Assembly: GCA_964363895.1 (NCBI GenBank)
Contig: CAYIJV010000003.1
Span: 1 to 40,814, forward strand
Length of the DNA stretch: 40,814 bases
Direction of reading: 5' to 3'
Origin: an uncultured Candidatus Saccharibacteria bacterium
GTDB taxonomy: Bacteria; Patescibacteriota; Minisyncoccia; Phycocordibacterales; UBA2100
Part shown: one piece after another, positions 17,415 to 24,805 of the stretch
Layout of the letters: each line of letters starts with the position of its first letter
Numbering within the stretch: the stretch's first letter is position 1
The notes under the pieces: model-generated
The model's input: the letters and a program-made list of their open reading frames with translations, nothing else
Database searches by the model: none
What the model was told of the DNA's origin: nothing
Made by a program: the position numbers and the translations under genes

Positions 17415-17450
17415 CCGCGCATTCTAGGCGTTTTTCGGCCTTTTTCAAAC
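17394..17450 (-). repeat. copy B of the 57-bp promoter + 7-codon module
   Basis: See copy A. The coding part reads ATG CGG GTA TTG GTA CTC TCC (MRVLVLS, versus MRILVLS in copy A). Confidence 0.85.
17421..17448 (-). promoter_or_regulatory. promoter TTGAAA-16-TAGAAT (copy B) upstream of the IMPase gene
   Basis: -35 at 17443-17448 and -10 at 17421-17426. Both hexamers and the GCGCGG discriminator are identical to copy A. Confidence 0.55.
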
Positions 17451-17483
17451 TACTAAAACGTATGCGTGATGTAGAAGGAAAAA

Positions 17484-17512
17484 TTGACATATAGGTACTA
17501 TTCATATAGTAT
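17484..17512 (+). promoter_or_regulatory. promoter TTGACA-17-TAGTAT ending 6 nt before the mazE-like ATG
   Basis: TTGACA 17484-17489, 17-nt spacer, TAGTAT 17507-17512, then GAAAAT, then ATG 17519. Confidence 0.65.
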
Positions 17513-17518
17513 GAAAAT

Positions 17519-17761
17519 ATGAATTCAACGCCTCTCATAAGTAAGATTACCGAACGTGGGCAGATCACCCTTCCCAAGCGGATGCGGACCGCTCGACTTT
17601 TCCGGGGCGCACGCGCAGTGGAATTTAGCGAGCACGCTGGCGTTGTTGTTATTCGTCCGATTACATCCCCCCGACATGCATCCGACCACACTTCTCTCCT
17701 CAACCACACGATGCGCAATTGGTCTGCGGAAGAAAATGACGATTTGTTCGACTTCCGCTAA
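17519..17761 (+). CDS. AbrB/MazE/SpoVT-family antitoxin
   Basis: 80 aa. N-terminal swapped-hairpin motif ISKITERGQITLPKRMR. Lies immediately upstream of a PemK/MazF-like gene. Confidence 0.75.
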   Translation: MNSTPLISKITERGQITLPKRMRTARLFRGARAVEFSEHAGVVVIRPITSPRHASDHTSLLNHTMRNWSAEENDDLFDFR

Positions 17762-17767
17762 CGCCCT

Positions 17768-18088
17768 ATGAAGCAAGGAGATATTGTGCCGATCTCGTTT
17801 CCTTTTTCAGATCTCTCAGCACGCAAAATACGCCCCGCACTTGTGCTCTCAAACAACTCCTATAACAAGCACCGGAATCTCATCCTCGCGGGGATTTATG
17901 GCAAAGCGACTCCGCGTTCCATTCCCCTCACCAACACTGACCTCGTCCACAAAAAACTCAACAAAGATTCGTTCATCAGCTTGCAAAATATCTTCAGCGC
18001 CGAACGAACGCTCGTCGGCAAACCGATAGACTCGCTCTCGGGCAAGACGCTCGCGGTAGTCTTACAAAAGGTGCAAGGATGCTTTTGA
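17768..18088 (+). CDS. PemK/MazF-family type II toxin (endoribonuclease fold)
   Basis: 106 aa. MKQGDIVPISFPFSD...KIRPALVLSN is the typical MazF N-terminus. 6-nt gap after the antitoxin gene. Confidence 0.8.
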   Translation: MKQGDIVPISFPFSDLSARKIRPALVLSNNSYNKHRNLILAGIYGKATPRSIPLTNTDLVHKKLNKDSFISLQNIFSAERTLVGKPIDSLSGKTLAVVLQKVQGCF

Positions 18089-18142
18089 CAGGAGAAACGG
18101 TACCTGACACCGTTATCTGCTGACACCTTACCTCACTGCATC

Positions 18143-18619
18143 TTACTTTGGATAGACTTGCCACGATGCCCCGAGGTTTTTGGGACTCAAGAAGGCGTAC
18201 CGTATCCCATCGGCATCCGGTTTCCAGAACTCATGAATAAATTTAAGGACCTTTTCCAGATCATAGGTATTGCAAGTGGCTATAGAAACATCAATGAGGT
18301 TATGGTCGGGGTAGTAATAGAATGACTCATGAGAGTGATCCAAGACGGTCAAAACATTCGGGGCGTCTTTTCTCGTCCACCAGGTATAAGCATTCCAATC
18401 CCTCGGCTTGAATTTTTTGTTCGCATAGTACGGGAGCAATGAGTCGTCAGAGTCCGGAGCGATTAACATTGGGCCGCAAAAAATGTGCATGTTGCATATC
18501 TCCGCAAGTTGTTTCTGAAAACTCTCTACTCTTTCTCCGCTTACGTACGAAGGCGCAGAGGGTCGTAATTCTGCTTCTAACCAAGAGCGCTCAAGTTTAG
18601 GCGCTAGATCTTTTTCCAT
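18143..18619 (-). CDS. hypothetical protein with AdoMetDC (SpeH-type, pyruvoyl decarboxylase)-like core
   Basis: 158 aa. VLTVLDHSHESFYYYPDHNLIDVSIATC aligns without gaps to the recalled SpeH core [27 protein letters not shown], but the Glu-Ser processing dipeptide reads His-Ser. Confidence 0.4.
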   Translation of the reverse strand: MEKDLAPKLERSWLEAELRPSAPSYVSGERVESFQKQLAEICNMHIFCGPMLIAPDSDDSLLPYYANKKFKPRDWNAYTWWTRKDAPNVLTVLDHSHESFYYYPDHNLIDVSIATCNTYDLEKVLKFIHEFWKPDADGIRYAFLSPKNLGASWQVYPK

Positions 18620-18625
18620 GCAATA

Positions 18626-18631
18626 AGTATA
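18626..18631 (-). promoter_or_regulatory. -10 TATACT, 6 nt before ATG 18619
   Basis: The minus strand reads CGATATACT-TATTGC-ATG. No SD motif. Confidence 0.5.
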
Positions 18632-18650
18632 TCGCTGAATTCAATGACTG

Positions 18651-19766
18651 CTATGAGATAGGTTTTTTCATAATAGCAGCATGTTGGGCGATTACTTTTT
18701 CCCACGTCTGGTCCATCGGAAGTTGGGCAACGAACTGCAGGGCTTGTTGGTAGTAAGCGGGGTCGAGCATGCGCTCCATTGATGCTTGGAGCGAGTGGTC
18801 GTCCATCGGGTCGAATTGCATGGAGTCGGGGAGATCCGCAGAGAGACCGTTGTCGCGGCTGATGAGTGCCGGCTTGCCGAGCGCGAGCGCTTCGAGGATG
18901 AAATTGGGGTTGAATTCGGTGAGCGCGGGCGCAAGTGCGACCGACGAGGCGTTGATGCGAGCAAAAAGCGCTTTCTGGTCTACTTTCGGGATTATCTCCA
19001 CTTTGCCGCCAAGCGCGCCCGCCTGCTTTTTGAGCGTCGCTTCTTCCGGCCCGTCGCCGATAAGCACAAGCCGGGCGTTGCTGTGCTTTGCCGCAACATT
19101 GCCGAATGCTTTTAGGACGCGCGGGAGGTTTTTGTAGGAAACAAATCTTCCGGCAAAGAGGAACGTGAACGTGCCGCTTTCGAGCATTGCCGGAGATTTC
19201 TGCGGGAAGGGATTACGTATCAGTTTAATTTTCCCCTCGCTCACACCGTAATACTTCACATAGATATCTTTGAGAAAATCACAGTAGGTTACGACCGTGT
19301 CGGCAGAATTAACGACAGAGCGAATGATGCGGAAGAGTGTCGGCTTATCTTTTTTGTAGAGACTCTGTTCGTAGTACGCCCGCATCGGGAGAAATCGCTC
19401 CCCTTTTTCCACGATGCGCTCCCATATAGGATCGCCTCCGATGCGCAGAATGAAGGGCTTGCGGAGAAGCTTAGCGAAAAGTGCGGAGGGAATGCCCGCA
19501 GTCGTGAGGTCGAATGCGTATATGATGTCGGCGCGGAATGATTCACGCATGACCGCGAGCGCGTAGAATTTCCACGAAATGAGTTTGCCCCACTTTCGGC
19601 TCACCCGCACAACTCGGTACCTCTCGGTGCCTCCCGCGTGGTCGCCGAAGGCGACCACCGTTACCTCCCACCCCAAGCTCGCAAAATGCTCCGCGATCTT
19701 CCGCACATGCGTAGCGGGTCCCCCGACGTCGGGGAAAAAGATGCCGGTGGTGAGAAGCACGCGCAT
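18651..19766 (-). CDS. GT4-family glycosyltransferase
   Basis: Start trimmed to MRVLLTTGIFFPDVGGPATH (ATG 19766). The longer ORF would overlap the divergent gene at 19792. GT-B C-terminal region. Confidence 0.8.
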   Translation of the reverse strand: MRVLLTTGIFFPDVGGPATHVRKIAEHFASLGWEVTVVAFGDHAGGTERYRVVRVSRKWGKLISWKFYALAVMRESFRADIIYAFDLTTAGIPSALFAKLLRKPFILRIGGDPIWERIVEKGERFLPMRAYYEQSLYKKDKPTLFRIIRSVVNSADTVVTYCDFLKDIYVKYYGVSEGKIKLIRNPFPQKSPAMLESGTFTFLFAGRFVSYKNLPRVLKAFGNVAAKHSNARLVLIGDGPEEATLKKQAGALGGKVEIIPKVDQKALFARINASSVALAPALTEFNPNFILEALALGKPALISRDNGLSADLPDSMQFDPMDDHSLQASMERMLDPAYYQQALQFVAQLPMDQTWEKVIAQHAAIMKKPIS

Positions 19767-19773
19767 GTGTTCT

Positions 19774-19779
19774 ATGCTA
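19774..19779 (-). promoter_or_regulatory. -10 TAGCAT, 7 nt before ATG 19766
   Basis: The minus strand reads GGTAGCAT-AGAACAC-ATG inside a 25-bp divergent spacer. Confidence 0.4.
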
Positions 19780-19791
19780 CCGTAGAGTGCA

Positions 19792-20637
19792 ATGGAACAA
19801 AAGCGCCTTAAAACCGCGATAATCGGAGTCGGCCGATGGGGCACAAATGTCGCCCACGAGCTCGCGATACAAAGTGATCTGGTGTATTTCGCCTCCAAAG
19901 AAAGCGACACAGCGGTACCAAGCGCGAAGCGTGCCACGGTGGAAGAAATATGTGCCGATCCATCAATCGAAGCGGTAGCCATTGCCACACCCATCGCAAC
20001 TCATGAAGAACTCGTCCGTAAAGTACTTGAGACTGGCAAACATGTGCTGTGTGAAAAGCCGCTCGCCGAGACGAGCGCGACCGCGTATGAACTTTCGAAT
20101 CTTGCGAAGGCAAAGAAAACGATGCTGGTGACTGGATACGTGTACATCTATCACCCCGTGTATCAAGAGCTTAAGAAAAAACTGGCAGGACAGCAAATAT
20201 CGCGCATTGAGTTCGTATGGAAAAAATACGGAACCTTCCAAGAGGCTATCGAGCTTAATTTGCTCACGCACCATCTCGCGATTGCGCTCGATATTTTGGG
20301 CAAACCGACAAATGGAGTCGTGACGCGGCGCGAGGCGGGAGAAACAGCGTGCGATATTATCGACACAAAGCTTTCATATCCCTCCTGCGAGGTCATTTCA
20401 CACATTGACAGGGTCTCGAAGGAGAAAATACACACCATGACGATACATACAGCAAACAACGTACTTGTCTGGGAAGGAACCCAGTATCGAGATAGTAGTG
20501 GCGTATTCGAAAGCCGTGATATGCCCCTGCAGCTCGAAGTCACCGCTTTCCTTAATGCCGTGAGTGCCGGACCTGTCCCGCCAACGGCGGGAGACTTCGG
20601 CGCACGAGTGTTGGAAATCCACGAGATGTTACATTGA
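19792..20637 (+). CDS. Gfo/Idh/MocA-family NAD(P)-dependent oxidoreductase
   Basis: 281 aa. Motifs LKTAIIGVGRWG and VLCEKPLA. Confidence 0.8.
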   Translation: MEQKRLKTAIIGVGRWGTNVAHELAIQSDLVYFASKESDTAVPSAKRATVEEICADPSIEAVAIATPIATHEELVRKVLETGKHVLCEKPLAETSATAYELSNLAKAKKTMLVTGYVYIYHPVYQELKKKLAGQQISRIEFVWKKYGTFQEAIELNLLTHHLAIALDILGKPTNGVVTRREAGETACDIIDTKLSYPSCEVISHIDRVSKEKIHTMTIHTANNVLVWEGTQYRDSSGVFESRDMPLQLEVTAFLNAVSAGPVPPTAGDFGARVLEIHEMLH

Positions 20638-20641
20638 ACAT

Positions 20642-21334
20642 ATGTCTACTCTTGAAGGTCAAGGTTCGCCCGAAAGAATCAAGGAGTCAAAATACGATGT
20701 GATCGTCGTATTGGGTGCGGTAATGAAATGGAACGAAGAAGCAAAGATCTGGGATTTCCCGACCACCGTGGAAAAAGAATTGTACTCAGGACACCTAGTG
20801 ATGGGAAAGGCGCGCGCCATTGCTGCGAGCGATATTCAGGAAGATGGAGCAAAGTTGCTCATCACCGGCGGCGTCCAGAAGCATCCCGAGACGGGAGAAC
20901 TTGCATCGCGTGCCCAAGAATTAACACGGTTGATTACCGAGAAGTATCATGTGCCCCCCGAGAAGGTAGTGCCAATCGGGACTGTGGGCGCCGCGCATAC
21001 ACAGGGAAATGTCGAAAACGTTGTTGCCTACCTACAAAGTCATGCCGACGAGTTGAAAAAGAACCGTATTGCGATACTTTCTCCCCGATTCCAAAAAAAG
21101 CGCGCGGAGATGATGTTCGATGCGAACCCGTATTTCAAAGATCACAACATCGCTATTGATTGGATTGTCGTAGAGGACGTCCTCGAGAAACGCCATCCGC
21201 TCTACAAAAGATGGGCGGAGAAAGTTAAAAAGACTCCCGAAGCGGCTGTGGCGGAGAAAATGGAGGCGCAAGGGAGAGAAGCACTTAAGGGCGGCACGTA
21301 CAAACCGGCGCGTGATAAGAACGAATCCTCCTAA
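20642..21334 (+). CDS. DUF218 (YdcF/ElyC/SanA-like) protein
   Basis: Start trimmed to MSTLEGQ (ATG 20642). Motifs YDVIVVLGA...LLITGG...HTQGNVEN...ILSPRFQKKR. TACATT ends 6 nt upstream. Confidence 0.65.
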   Translation: MSTLEGQGSPERIKESKYDVIVVLGAVMKWNEEAKIWDFPTTVEKELYSGHLVMGKARAIAASDIQEDGAKLLITGGVQKHPETGELASRAQELTRLITEKYHVPPEKVVPIGTVGAAHTQGNVENVVAYLQSHADELKKNRIAILSPRFQKKRAEMMFDANPYFKDHNIAIDWIVVEDVLEKRHPLYKRWAEKVKKTPEAAVAEKMEAQGREALKGGTYKPARDKNESS

Positions 21335-22377
21335 AGAAGCGCGACGGCCTCCTTCGCTGCATCTACACAATTCCCAATTTTCCCCGAGAATATCTGGATG
21401 TACTTCTCGCCGATGGGCGTAACGAGTGTTGGCCGAGCGTCGGTCTTTTCCATGCGCGGCAAGACCGTGCGAATGGTATAAAGCGAGCCGACGTGCTTCG
21501 CCTCTTTAAGGAGCGGAATAAATGGCACTCCAGCCTCGATGAATTTCTGGAAGCGTGTAGGTGAGTCCTTCACGATGCCCATGTTCAAAAACAGCTGCAG
21601 CTGCTCCGGCACCTCAGGCTTCAACCCCACATTGGTCGCGTGTATCGCGTGCACCACGTTGCCGAGCACATAGAGGCCGCTCGTGCCGAGCGGATCGACA
21701 CACATAAAAGGGCCGTCGAGAACGACGAGATCCGTGAGGCCAAAGCTCGCGGGGAGCGAGACCACAGGCTTTTCGCACACCTCGTATTGGTATTCTTGCT
21801 TTGTTTCGGTAAAAAGACCGACGACCTCGTTGGTATGTGCATAGGCGGCAATGATCACCTTGTCGAACGATTCGGCGAGCAGTGAGTCCGCCGGCGTATT
21901 GAGATGCACATGCGCGCCGCTTTCGGTGAGCTTCTTTTTCACAACCTCCCTAAGGACATCCGGATCGAATCGCGCTTCGACACCCTCGATGACAAGCTCG
22001 ACCATTTTCGGGTCGGCAAGTTCCGATACCTCCACTTTTTTATATTCTAGCTTGTGCGTGTCGCAAAAATTGAGGAATTGCTTCCCGCTCACCAAGCTCT
22101 TCTCGCGCGCTATCGCATATAAATGTCGTCCGTCGTCAATGACCGCCTCGCCATACTCTTTGCGAAACGTCTTTTCGGCTTTGAGCGCGGAGAGCGCGGT
22201 CTCGGAACTTCTCGGATAGTGATAGCCGCGATGGAGACGGTATTGATTGATGCCGGATGCAGATTGTAGAAGATCCTTCCCCTTCTCAAAGAGATGCACC
22301 TCATGCCCTGTACGCGCTGCATAGAGTGCTACAGTGGCACCAAATATTCCGCCTCCGATGACCGCAACGCGCTTCAT
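21331..22377 (-). CDS. FAD-dependent oxidoreductase (DAO/glycine-oxidase-like family)
   Basis: 348 aa. N-terminal dinucleotide fold MKRVAVIGGGIFGATVALYAARTGHEVHLFEK. Confidence 0.8.
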   Translation of the reverse strand: MKRVAVIGGGIFGATVALYAARTGHEVHLFEKGKDLLQSASGINQYRLHRGYHYPRSSETALSALKAEKTFRKEYGEAVIDDGRHLYAIAREKSLVSGKQFLNFCDTHKLEYKKVEVSELADPKMVELVIEGVEARFDPDVLREVVKKKLTESGAHVHLNTPADSLLAESFDKVIIAAYAHTNEVVGLFTETKQEYQYEVCEKPVVSLPASFGLTDLVVLDGPFMCVDPLGTSGLYVLGNVVHAIHATNVGLKPEVPEQLQLFLNMGIVKDSPTRFQKFIEAGVPFIPLLKEAKHVGSLYTIRTVLPRMEKTDARPTLVTPIGEKYIQIFSGKIGNCVDAAKEAVALL

Positions 22378-22385
22378 GAGTATCC

Positions 22386-22391
22386 ACTATA
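22386..22391 (-). promoter_or_regulatory. -10 TATAGT, 8 nt before ATG 22377
   Basis: The minus strand reads TTGCTATAGT-GGATACTC-ATG. No SD motif. Confidence 0.5.
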
Positions 22392-22401
22392 GCAAAGCGA
22401 A

Positions 22402-22428
22402 GCCGGGCGTCCCTGGAGGGCGCCCGGC
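22402..22428 (-). terminator. GC-rich hairpin, likely terminator closing the upstream minus-strand unit
   Basis: GCCGGGCG (22402-22409) pairs with CGCCCGGC (22421-22428), with an inner CCC/GGG extension. On the minus strand it is followed by TTCGCTTTGC and then the TATAGT promoter. Confidence 0.45.
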
Positions 22429-22724
22429 ACGCGTTCCTTTTGGGTGGAGTTCACTCCTCCCTCAAAGGGATTGCGATCGGTTTTTCGCGGGTCGGCAACG
22501 GGAACGTCCCGGGGAAAAACGCCTCACAGACTCCTTTCATTGTCCCGGTCGTCACCGCCACTGATACATAAAAAGCTCGGTGGGCGATGTCGAGTGCAGA
22601 CAGCCAGGCCTGCAATGGATTTATGCTTGTCAGGTGGTTCATGGGTGTACCCTCGCCTGTGTCGACACGGGAAAGACCGTGCCTACGCATAGTAAACACC
22701 CACGAGAGCGAACGTCCTAATACC
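22429..22724. other. unassigned GC-rich, hairpin-dense non-coding stretch (candidate structured RNA, or a small ORF)
   Basis: Stems seen by eye: 22436-22468 (5+8 bp); 22480-22520 (GTTTTTC/GAAAAAC closing an inner CGGGA/TCCCG hairpin); 22595-22614; and mutually exclusive 22656-22671 versus 22666-22681. GC is about 70% in 22401-22460 by hand count. See the finding. Confidence 0.35.
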
Positions 22725-23945
22725 TTAGTCTCTTACACCAAAAAGCGGCAAAAACACTTTCTCTCGCATGTCTCTCGCGATAATGTCCCAATCGTATTTT
22801 TCTGCGGCAAGAGCGCGCGCGGTCGCAATTACCGCTCGCACTTTTTCAGGGTGCTCCATAATGTCTTTGACCGCCTGAGCGACTTGCTCCGGCGAATCAG
22901 TATCCACTGCCCACCCTGTGATGGGCTTGTCCGTATTGCGTTTTTCGTCGAAAAGAAAATCAGCGATGCCGCCCTCCTGTGTGCCGATGACAGGCAGCCC
23001 CGCTGCAAAAGCCTCCACGAACGAATTGCCCATTCCTTCGGAGCGCGAGGGCCTGATAAATATGTCGGAGGCGTGCAGATACTTTGGGATCTCTTGGTTT
23101 GCAACTTCTCCCACAAATCTCACACGCTCCGCCACCTTGCACTCCCGCGCGAGCCGTTTCAGCAAGAGGTCGTCGGGCCCTATGCCGACAACGATGAACC
23201 GCACGTTCTCCGGAAGAAGCGGGAGTGCCTTGATACATACATCAATGCCGTTCTTATGGACCAAGCGGGAAGTTGTAATAAGAAACACATCACCCATATG
23301 CTTGCCCAGACTGTCTTTGGTCTCATTCACCACGGCAGACATTTCCTCGCGTGAAAAACGCGCGACATCAACTCCATTTGGAATTACTTCTAGACGGCCC
23401 GTAAAGCCGCGGCGGCGCGCCCACTTTCCTAGAAACGTTGAAATCACTTGAACAACATCGGCACGCGTGAAGACGCGCGTGAAAAGGGGCCAGAGTGGTA
23501 TCATCAGGCGCTCAATCTTCTCAAGCCGATCTCCCTCCTGAAGTGTCAGGATATACGGCACACGTGGGCGCAACAGTTTGAATATGACCGCCGGAATACC
23601 GCTGGAATGCGCCATCATCGCCCAGATGGCATCGTAGTGATGAACGCGATGGAGCGAGAGCGCCTTCCACGCGGCAAAAAATTGAAAGAGGTGTTTGTTG
23701 AGTCGAAGCGGATACCGACTCAAATCATCGATGGTAGGATTCAGCCAAGAAAAACCGATGCGGTGTACAAGCACGTTCCCCACTTTCTCGACTCTCGGCA
23801 ACGCAGAATCGAATCGCAGCGTCACCATGTGAAATTCTATTTCGGACTCATCGAGTCTGTCGGTTATCTCTTTGATGGCCATCTCCGCGCCGCCGACAAA
23901 CCTCGGGTAGTACGAGAGCGAGAAGATGAGGATTTTCTTTTTCAT
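22725..23945 (-). CDS. GT4-family glycosyltransferase
   Basis: 406 aa. MKKKILIFSLSYYPRFVGGAE...SRSEGMGNSFVEAFAAGLPVIG. ATGA-type 4-nt overlap with the upstream gene. Confidence 0.85.
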   Translation of the reverse strand: MKKKILIFSLSYYPRFVGGAEMAIKEITDRLDESEIEFHMVTLRFDSALPRVEKVGNVLVHRIGFSWLNPTIDDLSRYPLRLNKHLFQFFAAWKALSLHRVHHYDAIWAMMAHSSGIPAVIFKLLRPRVPYILTLQEGDRLEKIERLMIPLWPLFTRVFTRADVVQVISTFLGKWARRRGFTGRLEVIPNGVDVARFSREEMSAVVNETKDSLGKHMGDVFLITTSRLVHKNGIDVCIKALPLLPENVRFIVVGIGPDDLLLKRLARECKVAERVRFVGEVANQEIPKYLHASDIFIRPSRSEGMGNSFVEAFAAGLPVIGTQEGGIADFLFDEKRNTDKPITGWAVDTDSPEQVAQAVKDIMEHPEKVRAVIATARALAAEKYDWDIIARDMREKVFLPLFGVRD

Positions 23946-24793
23946 GTGCCGACGATGCCCTTCACGTATGTTTCAAGGTCGTGCTCTGCGCTCCACCCGA
24001 GCGCCTTCGACTTTGCAGTGTCTATCCCCGAGCTCGAACGATTGCCAGCGCGCTCCGGTAACATAGTTATGCTCTTGGAAAACATCTGTGCGACCTCAAG
24101 TATTGAATGTTCCCGCTCGTCGCCAAGACCATAGCCATCGCCATCGCCCTTTTCGCCGACTAGTACAAGACCGTCGACAATGTCGTCAACGTGCGTAAAA
24201 TTCCGTTTTTGGGTTCCCGGTGATGTAACGGTAATCGGCTGACCCTTTTTCGCCAATTCGGCAAATATCGCTATAACAGTCCCATAGGCGCCTGCGCGCT
24301 CGCCCGGACCGTACACGTTGTAGAAGTATGTTATTGCGTACGGCAACTTGTACCAAGCCCCATAATTACGGACCAATTCGGTGTTTACCGCTTTCGTCCA
24401 TGCATAGGGAGTCGCGTCGCGCGCAAGTCCGCCATCACCGAATTTGGTCGAGGATCCAGCGTAGATGAGCTTACATCCACGTTTTCGCCAATACTCGATG
24501 ACCGCAAACGTACCGGCGATATTGAGATCCCACACCACGTTTGGTTCTTGCAAGCTCTGCTCGACGCGAGCGTATTCGCCAAGATGATAGATGAAATCCA
24601 CGCCCTCTGGCACAAGCCGTTCAATGTCTTTTGTGTGCCCCTCACGGTATTCCACGTCATCTATATGAGTACTTTTCTCGCCTGTAAAATAACTATCGAG
24701 TGAAATGACTCTATTTCCCTCTGCAACCAGACGCTTGATGAGATTCGAGCCAATGAATCCGGCCCCGCCTGTAACAACAACGAGTTTCGACAT
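23942..24793 (-). CDS. NAD-dependent epimerase/dehydratase (extended SDR)
   Basis: 283 aa. Motifs VVVTGGAGFIGSNL and a YxxxK (PYAWTKAV). Confidence 0.85.
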   Translation of the reverse strand: MSKLVVVTGGAGFIGSNLIKRLVAEGNRVISLDSYFTGEKSTHIDDVEYREGHTKDIERLVPEGVDFIYHLGEYARVEQSLQEPNVVWDLNIAGTFAVIEYWRKRGCKLIYAGSSTKFGDGGLARDATPYAWTKAVNTELVRNYGAWYKLPYAITYFYNVYGPGERAGAYGTVIAIFAELAKKGQPITVTSPGTQKRNFTHVDDIVDGLVLVGEKGDGDGYGLGDEREHSILEVAQMFSKSITMLPERAGNRSSSGIDTAKSKALGWSAEHDLETYVKGIVGT

Positions 24794-24805
24794 ATGCCCT
24801 TCACA

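Noticed and set aside
19783-19788. TAGAGT as the promoter of the Gfo/Idh/MocA gene (ATG 19792)
   Set aside because: Only 3 nt separate it from the ATG, so transcription would start inside the coding sequence. No convincing alternative promoter was found in the 25-bp spacer, so the promoter of this gene is left unassigned.
22451-22699. Annotating the 82-aa minus-strand ORF (or its 63-aa ATG 22642 version) as a confident CDS
   Set aside because: It has no recognisable family. It lies in an atypically GC-rich (about 70% in the sampled line), hairpin-dense stretch where long random ORFs are expected. It lacks the leaderless promoter pattern seen at other unit heads. It is kept only as an alternative hypothesis in the finding.
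22378-22724. Calling the structured spacer RNase P RNA, tmRNA, SRP RNA, or a riboswitch (TPP, glycine, FMN, cobalamin, c-di-GMP)
   Set aside because: Only short motif-level resemblances were found by eye. The RNase P-like blocks are on the plus strand, but the P4 3' strand (ACAGAAnCCGGCUUA) is missing, and the CR-I-like segment is self-complementary (CGGGA/TCCCG). There is no tRNA-like TTCGA T-arm or CCA end for tmRNA. There is no GGAA...AGCAGC helix-8 motif for SRP. The riboswitch cores (CTGAGA/THI box, ACCGAAGGGGCAA, GGTGAAATTCC, a complete B12 box) are incomplete or on the strand with no downstream gene. It needs a covariance-model search.
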